Source: the human T2T-CHM13v2.0 reference genome, Homo sapiens
Length of the DNA: 64,000 nt
Assembly (NCBI RefSeq): GCF_009914755.1
Contig: NC_060940.1
Strand: one strand, 5' to 3'
Position numbers and translations under genes: made by a program. Below are positions 38,495 to 56,563 of this stretch, one piece after another (position 1 is the first letter of the stretch; each line of letters opens with the position of its first letter). The notes under the pieces are model-generated. The model had not been told where the DNA came from and did no database searches. It saw nothing but the letters and a program-made list of their open reading frames with translations.

Positions 38495-39577
38495 CTGCAT
38501 GAGGGAGCCAGCATGGAAAGGTGAGCTTGGTTTAGGCTGGAGATGTCATATGTTCTGGAGACTTATTTGTTGACTGCATCTTGTCTAGTGACCCTGGCTT
38601 CTACATAGCAAAGTCGCCTTGCAGCAAGAGAATCAGGCTTTACTTTCAATTCTGTCACCAAATAGCTGCATGGCCTTGGACCTTCTTTGCAAAACACAAT
38701 GCCAAGTCTACCCTGAAACACCTTATTTAGTCCTTCACAGGACTGCTGAGATGTGAAAATCACTTTGGAAAGTCAAAACCATTATATAAATGTAGAGTTC
38801 TACTTTTATTATTACTTTAATGAAAGAGCTAGGCTCAAAGTTAGGGAACCAAATCTTCCAGCTTGAAATGTCTTTTTTTTTTTTTGGAGACAGAGTCTTG
38901 CTCTGTCACCCAGGCTGGAGTACAGTGGCACCATCTCGGCTCACTGCAAACTCCATCTCCCGGTTCAAGTGATTCTCCTGCCTCAGTCTCTCAAGTAGCT
39001 GGGATTACAGGTATGTGCCACCACAGCTGGCTAAATTTTGTATTTTTAGTAGAGATGGGGTGTCGCCATGTTGGCCAGGCTGGTCTTGAATTACAGACCT
39101 CAAGTGATTTGACCGCATTTGCCTCCCAAAGTGCTGGAATTACAGGCATGAGCCACCTCGCTGGCCTAAGTCTCTTTTAGTACAGGCAGGGTTTCATCAC
39201 GTTGGCCAGGCTGGTTTTGAACTCCTGACCTCAAGCAATCCACCTGCCTCGGCCTCCCAAAGTGCTGGGATTACCTGCATGAGCCACAGCACCCAGCCCC
39301 TGAGGACATTACTGATCCAGTGATTGGATCACATGCGTAGTTAGAGCCTGTCTTACAGCTGGACTTCCAGTTACATGTGGGAAGAAAGGTTTTATCATTC
39401 AAAATCAAAAGAATGACACAGGAAGCTAATGGTCGTATGTTAAAACTTTTGCACAGGACTTCAAGTCTTAACCATCACAGTAGTGGATAAAATGCCTCCC
39501 CCTTGCCCTAGCCTCTCCCCAGCTTTCCAAGCCCTGGCCCACTGTGGTTTCTGGGAGCAGAGGCTGGGAGGCATTAC

Positions 39578-39695
39578 CATCTCCAGCTCCTCCACACGGA
39601 GCTGCCTGCGGCACTTCAGGGACACCCTGTGCTCCTTGGCTTCCTGCAGAGTGTCATTGCGCACGGTCGTGCTCAGGCAGATCACCACGTCCACC
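39578..39695 (-). CDS. GLG1: GLG1 coding exon (VDVVICLS...EELEM), 118 bp
   Basis: CAG acceptor, GTAATG donor; NDT sequon; within ORF 39461..39736. Confidence 0.97.
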
Positions 39696-40616
39696 CTGCA
39701 GACGAAAGAAGCTTGAGGCTGGCTGGGGCCACACAAGGGCAGATGGCCTGAGAGCTGGGCTTGGGGGGGGTCACACCATTAAGAATTCAAGATGCCCTTT
39801 GGGGGAATGTCTTTCCTGTAAGGCTCACTGTATTTTTTTTCAGGGTGCTAAAAGCTGCAATTTGACTGTGGGTGTCATGAAAGGCAGGCAGCAGCATGAA
39901 TGCTGACTACATTCCTGACAGAAGGGGAAGCCACACAGGGCACATGTGTGCAACGACAGTTCAACATCTGTGTTAAAAACATGTGACCACAGAGGAATGC
40001 TGCTCTTAACTCTAGGACTGTACTTTTGACCTACTGTGAAACTCACTCCTGAAAGGTAGAGAAACCTGAGCAAATTGGGAATTTGGTTTGTATGAGGGCA
40101 AGTGTTCTAGAAATGGTCCTTTCAAAGAGCAACATGGAAGAATTTGGACAGTCACGCTGAAAAAGCTCATCAGTTTCCTCAAAAAGACTTAATTCTTAAA
40201 TGAATAAAGATTCTGTTTCTTCACTAAATATCTAATCCAATACAAAAACTGCTGCATCTTAGATGAGATGACATAACGGGACGACGCAGGGAAGAGGTCA
40301 GTTCGCCTCTTTCACTCACACTGCACCCTGCTTCTCTAAGTACACAATCCAGCCCTACTTGGTCAGTTAGATGGCCTGACCTGGAAAAATTAAAAATGCT
40401 CCTTTAGCCTATGGGACCTCCATGTGAGAACTACCATCGCCAGATGCTCTGTCCAGACAGTCCGAGTGTTTGCCACGCTAATCAAAGGAGAGATGCGGGA
40501 GGCCTCCAGGGCTAACCCCACGAGGCAGCAGGAGGGCTGCCTAACATCTCGCATACTCATTCCGGAGCTAAGAGGAACTTCGGGAAAGTGGAAAGAAACA
40601 ACTACAAGCTACATAC

Positions 40617-40705
40617 TTCTTTTTTATGTTTGGGCAAAGCTTCAACACGTCCTCCTTGCAGGCCATTTTAAACTTGTAAGAAAACCGAAAATCCTTCATC
40701 TGCAC
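40617..40705 (-). CDS. GLG1: GLG1 coding exon (VQMKDFRF...PNIKK/K), 89 bp
   Basis: TTTCAG acceptor, GTATGT donor. Confidence 0.96.
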
Positions 40706-40883
40706 CTGAAAGGTAAAGAGAAAGAAAGTCAGAAGTTTCGTGGCAACTTGTGGTCAGTAGTGGTAGGGCGCACTTTTTCATATAGCTCTCACAAGCCTGT
40801 TTACAAGACCCTGCATGGCTTGACCCACACCTGAGACATCACGACCTGCTCATCTCTCCAGTACTCCCCCTACAACAGGCAGG

Positions 40884-41048
40884 CTTCCTTCCTTCCTTCC
40901 CTCCCTCCCTCCTTCCTTCCTTTCCTTCCTTCCTTCCATCCCTCCCTCCTTCCTTCCTTTCCTTCTTTCCTTCCCTCCTTCCTTCCTTCCCTCCTTCCTT
41001 CCTTCCCTCCCTCCTTCCTTCCTTCCCTCCCTCCTTCCATCCATCCAT
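40884..41048. repeat. Compound (TTCC/CTCC)n microsatellite, (GGAA/GGGA)n in GLG1 sense
   Basis: ~155 nt nearly pure pyrimidine on the + strand; about 25 TTCC units counted by eye. Confidence 0.95.
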
Positions 41049-41053
41049 CCTAA

Positions 41054-41260
<207 letters not shown>

Positions 41261-41514
41261 TAGAGACAGGGTTTCACCATGTTAGCCAGGTTGGTCTCGA
41301 GTTCCTGACCTCAGGTGATCAGCCTGCCGCAGCCTCCCAAAGTGCTGGAATTACAGGCGTGAGCCACCATGCCCGGCTGGAAAAAATGATTTTTTTGTTG
41401 TTGCTGTTGAGATGGAATCTTGCTCTGTTGCCCAGGCTGGAGCGCAGTGGCGATCTCGGCTCACTACAACCTCCGCCTCCCAGGTTCAAGCAATTCTCCT
41501 GCCTCAGCCTTTGA

Positions 41515-41703
<189 letters not shown>

Positions 41704-41803
41704 TAACAGAACATCAGAGGTGCTCTGATGTTCCAAAAAAGGAAAGGATTCAGTCAACATCCAGGCAGCTATGATGGGATATTGGCAGCCAGGTGTCACT
41801 GAC

Positions 41804-41917
41804 CAGCTGGAAGTGGGTAACTCCGATGGCACACTTCTCGTTCATGTCCTTCTGGTGTTTGTTCTGTATCAGACACTCCATCAGGTCCCCAGAGTCTATC
41901 TGGTTATCTGCCACATC
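41804..41917 (-). CDS. GLG1: GLG1 coding exon (DVADNQID...THFQL), 114 bp, phase 0-0
   Basis: CCCCAG acceptor, GTCAGT donor. Confidence 0.96.
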
Positions 41918-42986
41918 CTGGGGAAGACAGCATGCATTTACACTTCATTGGTAACAATTAATGAACAAAACTTGTAGCCCAGTCCGAAACAAATGCAAGC
42001 AAGGTTAGTTCTAGAAGCCCTCACAAAAAAAAGACACACCATAAATTGTAATCAAAATAAGCCTGAAGAATCACAATGGTATACATTCAGTGGCATAAAA
42101 CTAACACAGCACTGTGTTCCGTATAAGACATGATATACGCTTTTTTTTTCACTTTCCGAAAAGCAGCTGGCTTTTGGGACAATATCTAACATAGCCTCCC
42201 AACTGTCAGATCCTAATGGTTCCTGGGTATGTTTCACTCCCACAATTTAAATAGTTCAGTAAATGAATATGAAATAGTCAGAATTCACTCAATATTGAGG
42301 TACTAGGAGACAGTTGGAAGAAGGAGCCACTATTACTGCTAACAATTCCTGGGCAGATGCTAACAATTCCTAGGCTGATGTACTGGAATCAACCCTGCAT
42401 ACTAATGGGGGTTTCCCTGTTCCATCTCTTCTTAAAAAGGGCAACTCAGTAACTGCTGCTGGCCACATACCTGTTTTTACCTACAAAAGCTAATCAAACA
42501 CAGGTTCCAGGATGGTAGCATCTCTCTCTCGATCTTGTTTACTTTTTCTTTTTTCTTTTTTAGACAGGGTCTCACTCTGTTGCTTAGGCTGGAGTGCAGT
42601 GGCACAATCACGGCTCACTGCAGCCTCGACCTCCTGAGCTCAAGTGATCCTCCCACCTCTGCCCCCTAGGTAACTGGAACTACAGGTGTGTACCACCACG
42701 CCCGGCTAATTTTTTCTATTTTTTGTAGAGACAGAGTTTTGCCATGTTGCCCAGGCTGGTCTTGAAATCCTGGGCTCAAGTGCTCCTCCTTGGCTTCAAA
42801 GTGCTGGGATTACAGGTATTGGTCACCACACCCGGCCTGTTTACATTTTTAATTTTAACTTGTCAAAGCTGGCTAACACTCAAGAGTAATACATGCTGCA
42901 GACAGAGGTGAGTCTGAGATACTCAGGGGAGAGTCCCTGTCAATTTGTTTCTGTTTTTAACCCTTGCTCCTCCAGACATCACTTAC

Positions 42987-43049
42987 GTGGCAGAAGTTCT
43001 GAATTATGGGCTCACAGGCTCTCATCAGCAAGGCTTCTATTTGAATATC
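42987..43049 (-). CDS. GLG1: GLG1 coding exon (DIQIEALLMRACEPIIQNFCH), 63 bp, phase 0-0
   Basis: CAG acceptor, GTAAGT donor. Confidence 0.96.
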
Positions 43050-43843
43050 CTGTAGAAAATTAAATATATTAATACTTCTGCTTTAGAAAGAGCCAGGGTG
43101 GAGGAGGAGCAGTTTCTCTTTCTGAATCAGTAATATCTGATGGGCAAATAATCTAATACATACTTTTGGAAACGATTCTAGTATTTGAAGTAGATAGCCC
43201 CAGAATAAATATAGAACTGCTCCTCCGTTATACTTTGAAAGGCAAATTTTTAAAGACATATTCCCTTTCGGCCTGAACAAATGAGAAGGCAGAATTAAGA
43301 AAAGTGAGGTAAAAACACATGTAGCAATAACATTAGAGTATGCAAAGCCTTTGCAGATTTTCCCAAAATGCTAAGTAGTTCAAAATGAAAACAGGGGTAA
43401 CTGATATCCATCTTCAGTTTATAAGCTCATAAGCCAGAGCACTGCCCTCAAAGCAGATGCCAAACCACTGTTACTGGGGAACACATACTAATAATGCCTT
43501 TAAAGAGAGAAACCCGTGCAACACTAGCTCCTGAAAAAACACCTTCCTTTAAAGAGCTATACACCCAGACTGCTCTCATAAGTCCATGATGACAATGATA
43601 ATGTGAGAGATGACGACGAAATGAGAGAAGGCAATGAACTTCTGAAAACTAGAAAGCAAAAAAGAACTGGTTGAGAAACGTAATTTTACATTATGACAAT
43701 TCAAATAGAGTACTAAAAGGTTTAAGACAAAATGGTAGTTCCCCACTTCTCTGATTTCTGGCCCCACAAAATAACTTTAACATGTTTAGCTGCCCTCCTC
43801 TGTATTTCTAAATAACATCCCAGTGCTTTATGAGGGTTTCTAA

Positions 43844-44095
<252 letters not shown>

Positions 44096-44105
44096 TGAGA
44101 CATAG

Positions 44106-44240
<135 letters not shown>

Positions 44241-44581
44241 TGACTAATTTTTTTGTATTTTTAGTACAGACGGGGTTTCACCATGTTAGCCAGGATGGTC
44301 TCGATCTCCTGACCTTGTGATCCGCCCGCCTCGCCTCCCAAAGTGCTGGGATTACAGGTGTGAGCCACTGCACCTGGCCTCTAATCCCATTTTTAAAATA
44401 TTTTAGTGGGTTTCAGGATGGAACAGGGATAAACATACGTATTCAATCTTCCATGCTTAGCTGGAAGTCCTCAGCTTTTATGTTCTGAAACACACAAACA
44501 TTACCAAATGACCTAACTAAAAGAGCGAGGGATGAGAGAACGGGAATGTGTAGATTGCTCTTGAATGTGACTGTGATGTGA

Positions 44582-44758
<177 letters not shown>

Positions 44759-45186
44759 TAATTTTTGTATTTTTAGTAGAGACGGGGTTTCACTATGTTT
44801 GGCAAGCTGGTCTCGAACTCCTGACCTCGAGATCCGCCTGCCTCGGCCTCTCAAAGTGCTGGGATTCAAGGCGTGAGCCACCGCTCCCGGCCGTACAGCT
44901 GCTATCTTAAGGGAGAAACAGAGGCAAGTCTAATGACTATGATAAACCTAATTTATGAAGAAAACCAAAGGGCTGTATAGAGTGTTGTTCTAGAGAAATG
45001 AGGGAAGGAGCTCACAAAGCAACACAATATACTTCTTTATAAAGCAAACATGGAAAATTTGATCAGGTTTCTTTTGATTGACAGAAAATCTGCACTCTCA
45101 GGAGTCTAGAAACAGTAGAATCAAACACAAAAGGCCAGGATGCTGGCAGCCACTCTCCTCCAATGAGTAAGCTGCATACCACTTAC

Positions 45187-45273
45187 CTCTGATTCTAACT
45201 CAGTGAGGTTGCCAACTATATCTCTACACTCCACCACCAAGTCATCCAGATGGTCCTGAAGGCACTCCAGCTC
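45187..45273 (-). CDS. GLG1: GLG1 coding exon (ELECLQDH...TELESE), 87 bp, phase 0-0
   Basis: CAG acceptor, GTAAGT donor; NLT sequon. Confidence 0.97.
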
Positions 45274-45515
45274 CTGCAAATATAAAGGCAAGCCACTGGC
45301 ATTTATCAGTCACATACATGAACAAGGCAAGAGGAGATATCAGCGTCATGACACTTCCCTTTTCAGTGGTCCTCCTTTCTCTTCTTTTTAAAATTACCTC
45401 ACTGAACAGGACACAAAAGCTTTGTTTAATTCCCCAGACTGAGATTGTTGAAAAGATAATTACTTCATGTAGCAGGTTGGTTATGAGGGCCAAGTGGGCA
45501 CAAGAGCCATGCAAA

Positions 45516-49900
<4,385 letters not shown>

Positions 49901-50887
49901 AGGTTAATTTTATGTTATGTGAATTTCACCTCAATTTAAAAAAAAAAAGAAAAGAAAACCAGCACCACAGACTCCAACTCTTTCTTATTTAAAAGAGAAT
50001 AAACCTCCTACCCCCTAGTCACTATAGTGACCAGAAAGATGCCGGGATGTGGGAGCCCCCATGGTTAATGAGAGGCTCATTATATGGAGAGAGAAAAAAA
50101 AAAAAAAACAAATTCCCACGTTTTCTCACACAGCAGTATAAACACTGGGTTAGGGAGCAGCAACTGATGTATGCCATTTCCTTCTGAGTCCCCTCATTCT
50201 GGATTTGAGATAGCCAGGCTTTTGCATTAAGCTCAGAAGGGGTATTTCTAAGGATGGATGAGAAGTGATACCATCTCAACTCTCCGGAACAAAGGCAGGA
50301 CTGATAATGGAGCATCTCAGAAGGTAGAGAAAGCCATCGTGGAGAACAAGTGCATGTCAGTGCGCACCGGGAAGCAGCCGATGCTGCCGAGACCCCAGCA
50401 CACACAAACATCCCAACAAAAAGCAGCAGTTGGGGCAGACAAATACCAAGAGACTGAGGTATGGAGGTTTCTGCTCCAACCAGTCCATGGGCAGACAATG
50501 CAAATGTGTTCAGCTGCCAAGAGGAGAAGCCTAAAATCCATTTGTAGCCTGGCTAAAAGCTTCTAATGGATCCTTAAACCTAAATAAAGTTAGGACAGCA
50601 GAATTTAACTGTCCATTTGTGATTCAGATTTTGGGAATTAAAAAAAAAAAATCTGGAAATCTTCCCCCACCCACTTTGTTAAAAACATAAAATCAGATGA
50701 TAGAAGCTGGCAGGGCAACTCTAAGTGCACTCATGGAAGGAAGAAGTTTCTAGAAGTGCAGCAATCTTCTCCCCACAAAATAGTCTAAAAAGTTTTCCTA
50801 ATATGACTGAAATCAGAAGAATATACAGCAAACAATTTAAAAAACAAATGACAAGAAGAAGAAATGAAGTCGATATTCACTGCATAC

Positions 50888-51041
50888 CCTCCTTCCCTGT
50901 TCCTCAGTGCGGTAGGCGTGTCTGTATAAACAAGAGAACACAGCTCCCTGAGGCATAAATTCACTGGTCTCATTCCAACCGTGGGTGTGGCAAAGACGAG
51001 AAGCGTCTCCCTGGCACTTGCGGTACAGGACAGGGTCCAGC
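50888..51041 (-). CDS. GLG1: GLG1 coding exon (LDPVLYRKC...EQGRR), 154 bp
   Basis: TAG acceptor, GTATGC donor; contains NET sequon. Confidence 0.97.
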
Positions 51042-53669
51042 CTATAAGGTTAAGAGTTAAAAGATAACCACTAATTAATAGACATTTCCTTCTAACACAG
51101 GCTCAGGGTTTTTATGAGGTGTTTGCTTGTATACTCATTGATAATCACTTCCAGGGGCGTGGAGACAGAAGATATGTAAAAGTATATTCCTGAATTTTGT
51201 TCTTTTGTTTTTTTTTTTTGACACGGGATCTCTCAATCTGTCACCCAGGCTGGAGTGCAGTGGTGCTATCTTGACTCACTGGAACCTCCGTCCCCCGGGG
51301 CTTGAAGGCAATCCTCCCACCTCAGCCTCCCAAGCAGTTGAGGCAACAGGCACACACCAGGCTCTTTTTTGATATTTTTGGTAGAACAGAGTCTCGCCAT
51401 GTTGTCCAGGCAGGTCTCAAACTCCTGAGCTCAAGCAATCAGCCTGCCTTGGCCTCTCAAAGTGCTGGGATTACAGGCATAAGGCACTGCACCCAGCCGT
51501 GAATTTTGTTCTTAATGAACACACAGTAGTCAGCACTGTGGGAGGCCTAGGCAGGAGAATAACTTTCTATAGAAGTTTGTTAACCTTCTACAGAAGATTT
51601 AAAGTCTCTCTCAAAGATATCTTGGCTTTGTTAGATACCTAACATTTTAATAGACAGCACTCACATGCCCTGGGTGAAAACAGAAAACTAGAGTTATAGC
51701 CACCACCAGGCAATTCACAACTTTTTACTTAATACTTTTTACTAAATACCTTTTTCTAAGTAGGAATGAAGTTCAATCCTATGTAATGTATTAGATTCAG
51801 TAAGATCAGGAAATGGCAAGATAAACAGTCTCCTATTCAGTTTTCTCTCTTCTTCCTGTGCCAGGTAAGGTGGTTATCTTTTTGGTTACTTGAGTGTGCT
51901 TATCAATTTATGAGACTTGACATTTAACTCTGAATCTGGAGACAGTGGATTAGACAATGAGCCTGCTTCTTCTCCACATCAGACCAGGGCATGCTTAATT
52001 CTGTCCATATTATATTGTCAACTTTGGTAGATGGCTAGTTAATGGGAGAAAAAAGCTAATATTTAATGAGTAACTATTAAGAACTAATATTTAATGAGTA
52101 ACTATGCAGCACTTTTTTTTTTATTATGGGGGAAGGAATTAAAGAGGAGAAAACGTGATTTTGATTAAGGCAATACACTCAGTAGACTATTTAGGTTGAG
52201 ATGGCCTGAGTAAGCAAAGGGAAATTACAGCCCAGCTTTCTGTAGTCCTTTCCAGAGCTAATCTGAAGGAATAGAAATAAGAATATATTGAATCTTCAAG
52301 TAATCTCTTTCTAGAAAAAGTATGTGGGCAAAACACATGCACACACACACGTCTTTTGAGATAGGGTCTCACCGTTAACATGCAGTGGCATGATCACAGC
52401 TCACTGTAACCTACAGCTCCTGGGCTCAAGTGAATCTCCTTTTTTTTTTGAGACGGAGTCTCGCTCTGTCTCCCAGGCTGGAGGGCAGTGGCGCGATATC
52501 GGCTCAGGGCAACCTCCGCCTCCCGGGTTTTACACCATTCTCCTGCCTCAGCCTCCCGAGTAGCTGGGACTACAGGCATGCACCACCTACGCCCGGCTAA
52601 TTTTTTTTGTATTTTTAGTAGAGATGGGGTTTCACCGTGTTAGCCAGGATGGTCTCGAACTCCTGCCCTTGTTCTCCTCCCACCTCGGACTCCCAAAGTG
52701 CTGGGATTACAGGCGTGAGCCACCGCGCCCGGTTCAAGTGAATCTCCTGCTTCAGCCTCTCAGGTAGCTAGGACTACAGGTGCACACTACCATACCTGGC
52801 TGATTTTTTTTTAGTTTTTATAGAGACAAGGTCTTGCTATGTTGACCAGGCTGGCCTTAAACTCCTGGCCTCAAGCTATCCCCCTGCCTAGGCCTCCCAA
52901 ACTGCTGGGATTATAGGTGTGAGCCACTGTGCCTGGCCAAAATATATATTAATCACCAAAAAAAATTAACTACCACACCATGGTGGCTTAACAACCGAAT
53001 GGAGAAGCCACTGAACTTGAAAAGCTAGAGAAGCAGTCGGATCCAGCACTGGCTGCTTTGGAGGTGGGGAGAGAAAGCAAGATGCGGAAAGAGGAGGGGA
53101 ATGACAGCCAATGAACTCAGTGATTCTGGCTGTAATACGGATCCTTCTCCTAGTTCGTCCTCCCACCCCCACCGCTTTTTGTTAACAGAATGAGAGGGAA
53201 ATTAGATAATCAAGTTGTCACTTATTGACAAAAACCCCTTAAGACAGACTTAATTCAGTAACTCTGAATAAATAAATAAAAGCCAATTACCATATCCACT
53301 GCAAATCAATAAAAATACAACTGCACTATTATCTTCTTAGAGACATATCTGAAGGCGCTTTTGCCACCCCCACAGGTGCCATACTTCTTACTAGACAGAT
53401 CTTTGTAGTATCAGAAACATTTTGACCCTGACTTCCAAAGTCGTGGTGAACAAGGATGTGTGGTACAGGCTGGTAGTGGGCTGACTCTGCTTTTAGATAA
53501 TGTTCTGAAAGTGATAAAGAATAGTTTTTCAGGGGATTGGAGTGTGTTAGCTGTCCCAGAACTGAACAAAAAGAGTTTCCTACTGATTATTTTAATAAAT
53601 ACAGGTAATTATGACTACACAGGAGAAGAGGCTGAGGCAATACATTTACTTTGGCTTCAAAATACTCAC

Positions 53670-53771
53670 TTCCAATCCCGGGAGATGAAATACTGCAGCT
53701 CTAAGAGACGGTGTTCACAGTCTTCTACCATCTTCTCTGTGTATAAATGTTCCATCAGGCACGACAAGATC
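53670..53771 (-). CDS. GLG1: GLG1 coding exon (ILSCLMEH...SRDW/K), 102 bp, phase 2-2
   Basis: TAG acceptor, GTGAGT donor, frame continuity. Confidence 0.97.
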
Positions 53772-56441
53772 CTAGCCATTAAATGTGTAAAATTGTAACA
53801 AGAGAGAAGTGTTCAGAACTCTATGTCAATATAGTATTTCCCTGGTCTGTAGAAGGCGGCTTTTAGTTATTTTCTTAGGGCAATCAGATTTATTTTTCTA
53901 AGAATCACTCAAATTAACTGAACCTGACAGTGGTTATACCTTCGATCAACTTCAGAGCCACTCAGCACTGAAGACTATGCATGCACAAGGGCAGTGTGCA
54001 GCTGCTGTATTTTTAACTGGTTATGAAAACTTTCCAACACACAAAGAAGTAGAGAATAATGTAACAGCCACCTTCCCTCCCCATAACTTTATCAATCTGT
54101 TGCCAAGTCTGTTTTAACTCTAGGCCTCTTTGCTGATATTTTAAAGCAAAATCCCAGATACTCCATCATTTCATTTGTAAATATTTCAGCATGTTTCTTT
54201 AAAATATAAGGACTTAATACCATTATCACACCACTAAGCAATTATTTTAAAAGCTTTACTATCATGTAATACCCTGTTAGTTTTCAAATATTTTCCTTTC
54301 TTTTCTTTTCTTTTTTTTTTTTTGAGATGGAGTCTCGCTCTGTCGCCCAGGCTGGAGTGCAGTGGCGCAACCTTGGCTCACGCAAGCTCCGCCTCCCAGG
54401 TTCACACCATTCTCCTGCCTCAGCCTCCCGAGTAGCTGGGACTACAGGCACCCACCACCACGCCCGGCTAATTTTTTTTGTATTTTTAGTAGAGATGGGG
54501 TTTCACTGTGTTAGCCAGGATGGTCTCGATCTCCTGACCTCGTGATCTGCCCGCCTCGGCCTCCCAAAGTGCTGGGATTACAGGCGTGAGCCACCGTGCC
54601 CGGCCCAGATATTTTCAATTATCTTTTTTTTTCACAAGTTTGTTCAAATCAGGATCCAGAAAAGGTTAACTGTAAGTATCTTAAATGTATTTTCATCTGT
54701 AGCAGTTCTTCCTTCTTCCCTCTCCCCTGCCCCCTCTTTGCTTGATGTGGTTATTTTTACACTGTAAATATTCCTAATTAGTTTAACCACACAGAAAGCT
54801 TTGAGGAAGAATATGATTTTCTAATTCTCTAGCACAGCATGAACAGCAGGAGTTCTTGCATAGCAGCATGAGATAAACATGGACTATACTCACTTTGTTG
54901 TTGGGTATGGCCAAATGCAGGCTATAAAGATTTTTGCAGAATGGGAAAGCTGCTCTTACTTGCAACTGATTTTTTTTGTTTTTGTTTTTGTTTTTTTTGA
55001 GATCGAGTTTTCCTCGTTGCCCAGGCTGGAATGCAATGGCACGATCTTGGCTTCACCTGCCTCAGACTCCCGAGTAACTGGGATTACAGGTATGCGCCAC
55101 CAACACCCCACTAATTTTGTATTTTTGGCCGGGCGTGGTGGCTCACACCTGTAATCCCAACACTTTGGGAGGCCGAGGCGGGTGGGTCATGAGGTCAGGA
55201 GTTCAAGACCAGCCTAACCAACATGGTAAAACCCTGTCTCTACTAAAAACACAAAAATTAGCTGGGCATGGTGTCATGTGCCTGCAATCCCAGCTACTCG
55301 GGAGGCTGAGCCAGGAGAACTGCTTGAACTGGGATCCGGGAGGCAGAGGCAGCACTAAGCGAGATTGCGCCACTGTACTCCAGCCTGGGCTACAGAGCAA
55401 GATTCTGTCTAAAAATAAAAATAAAAATAAATTGTATTTGTAGTAGAGACGGGGTTTCTCCATGTTGGTTAGAGGCTCATCTCGAACTCTGGACCTCACG
55501 TGATCCGCCAGCCTCAGCCTCCCAAGGTGCTGGGATTACAGGTGTGAGCCACCACGCCTGGCTTGGTTTGGTTTTTTGAGACAGGGTTTTGCTCTGTCAT
55601 CTGGGCTGGAGTGCAGTGGTATGATCATAACTCACTGTAACCTTGAACTCCTGGGCTCAAGCAATCTTCCCACATCAACCTCCCAAGGGGATGGGACTAC
55701 AGGCATGCACCACCACGCCAGCTGATTTTAAAAACTTTTATGTTGCCTTGCTATATTGCCCAGGCTGGTTTCAAACTCGTAGCTTCAAGTGATCCTCTCA
55801 CCTCGGCCTCCCAAAGCACTACAATTACAGGCATGAGCTACTGCATCCGGCCATGGTTTAAGAGCTGTTTTTACATCATAAAAAATAAAACTAAAGAATG
55901 AGAATACTTTAATATAGCATTTATTCAGCTTTTCTAGATCTTGGTTGCAACTTTAGTATTCATTTTGTCCATTACTACTCCCTTCAACTACCACATTTTG
56001 TTTTCTATTTCTATTTTCTGTTTCAAGTATTTTCTGATGATTACCAGGTAGTCAATGTATACAATGAGTCAATATACAACTAGGATGAAAAGTACAGAGT
56101 GCCAAAGTATGTACCACCTATCCTGAGTGTTTCTCTCTTTCATTTTAATTTGATCGTGATATAAAATTATTCAGTAACCTAATATATAGGTCCATATATG
56201 CTCAGTCATTGTCCGTAAACACCATCACAATATTGGGTCTAGGTGTCTCTATATCATGGATGAGGCAGATCCTAGGTTTTAATTCCAATACTAGTTTTAA
56301 TAAAAGTTGGTGTATGTTCAACTTGTTCAACAAAATTTCAGTTAAGATGTCAACAACCACCCAAAAGTCATTTGAAGGAATGTTCCCTGTGCTGCCAAAT
56401 GAAATACAATATGGATAAATACCATGGAGAAGATAACTTAC

Positions 56442-56563
56442 ATTGGGTCTCCAGATCTTATATGTTTGCAGGCTGTCTGGATTACAGATTCACAAGCTTC
56501 ATTCAAAGCTCGATCAATGCGGTAATCTGCACCAGGGTCAGTCTCCTGAATCAGTGTTTGAAG
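56442..56563 (-). CDS. GLG1: GLG1 coding exon (LQTLIQETDP...RSGDP/M), 122 bp
   Basis: CAG acceptor, GTAAGT donor, DYRID repeat motif. Confidence 0.97.
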
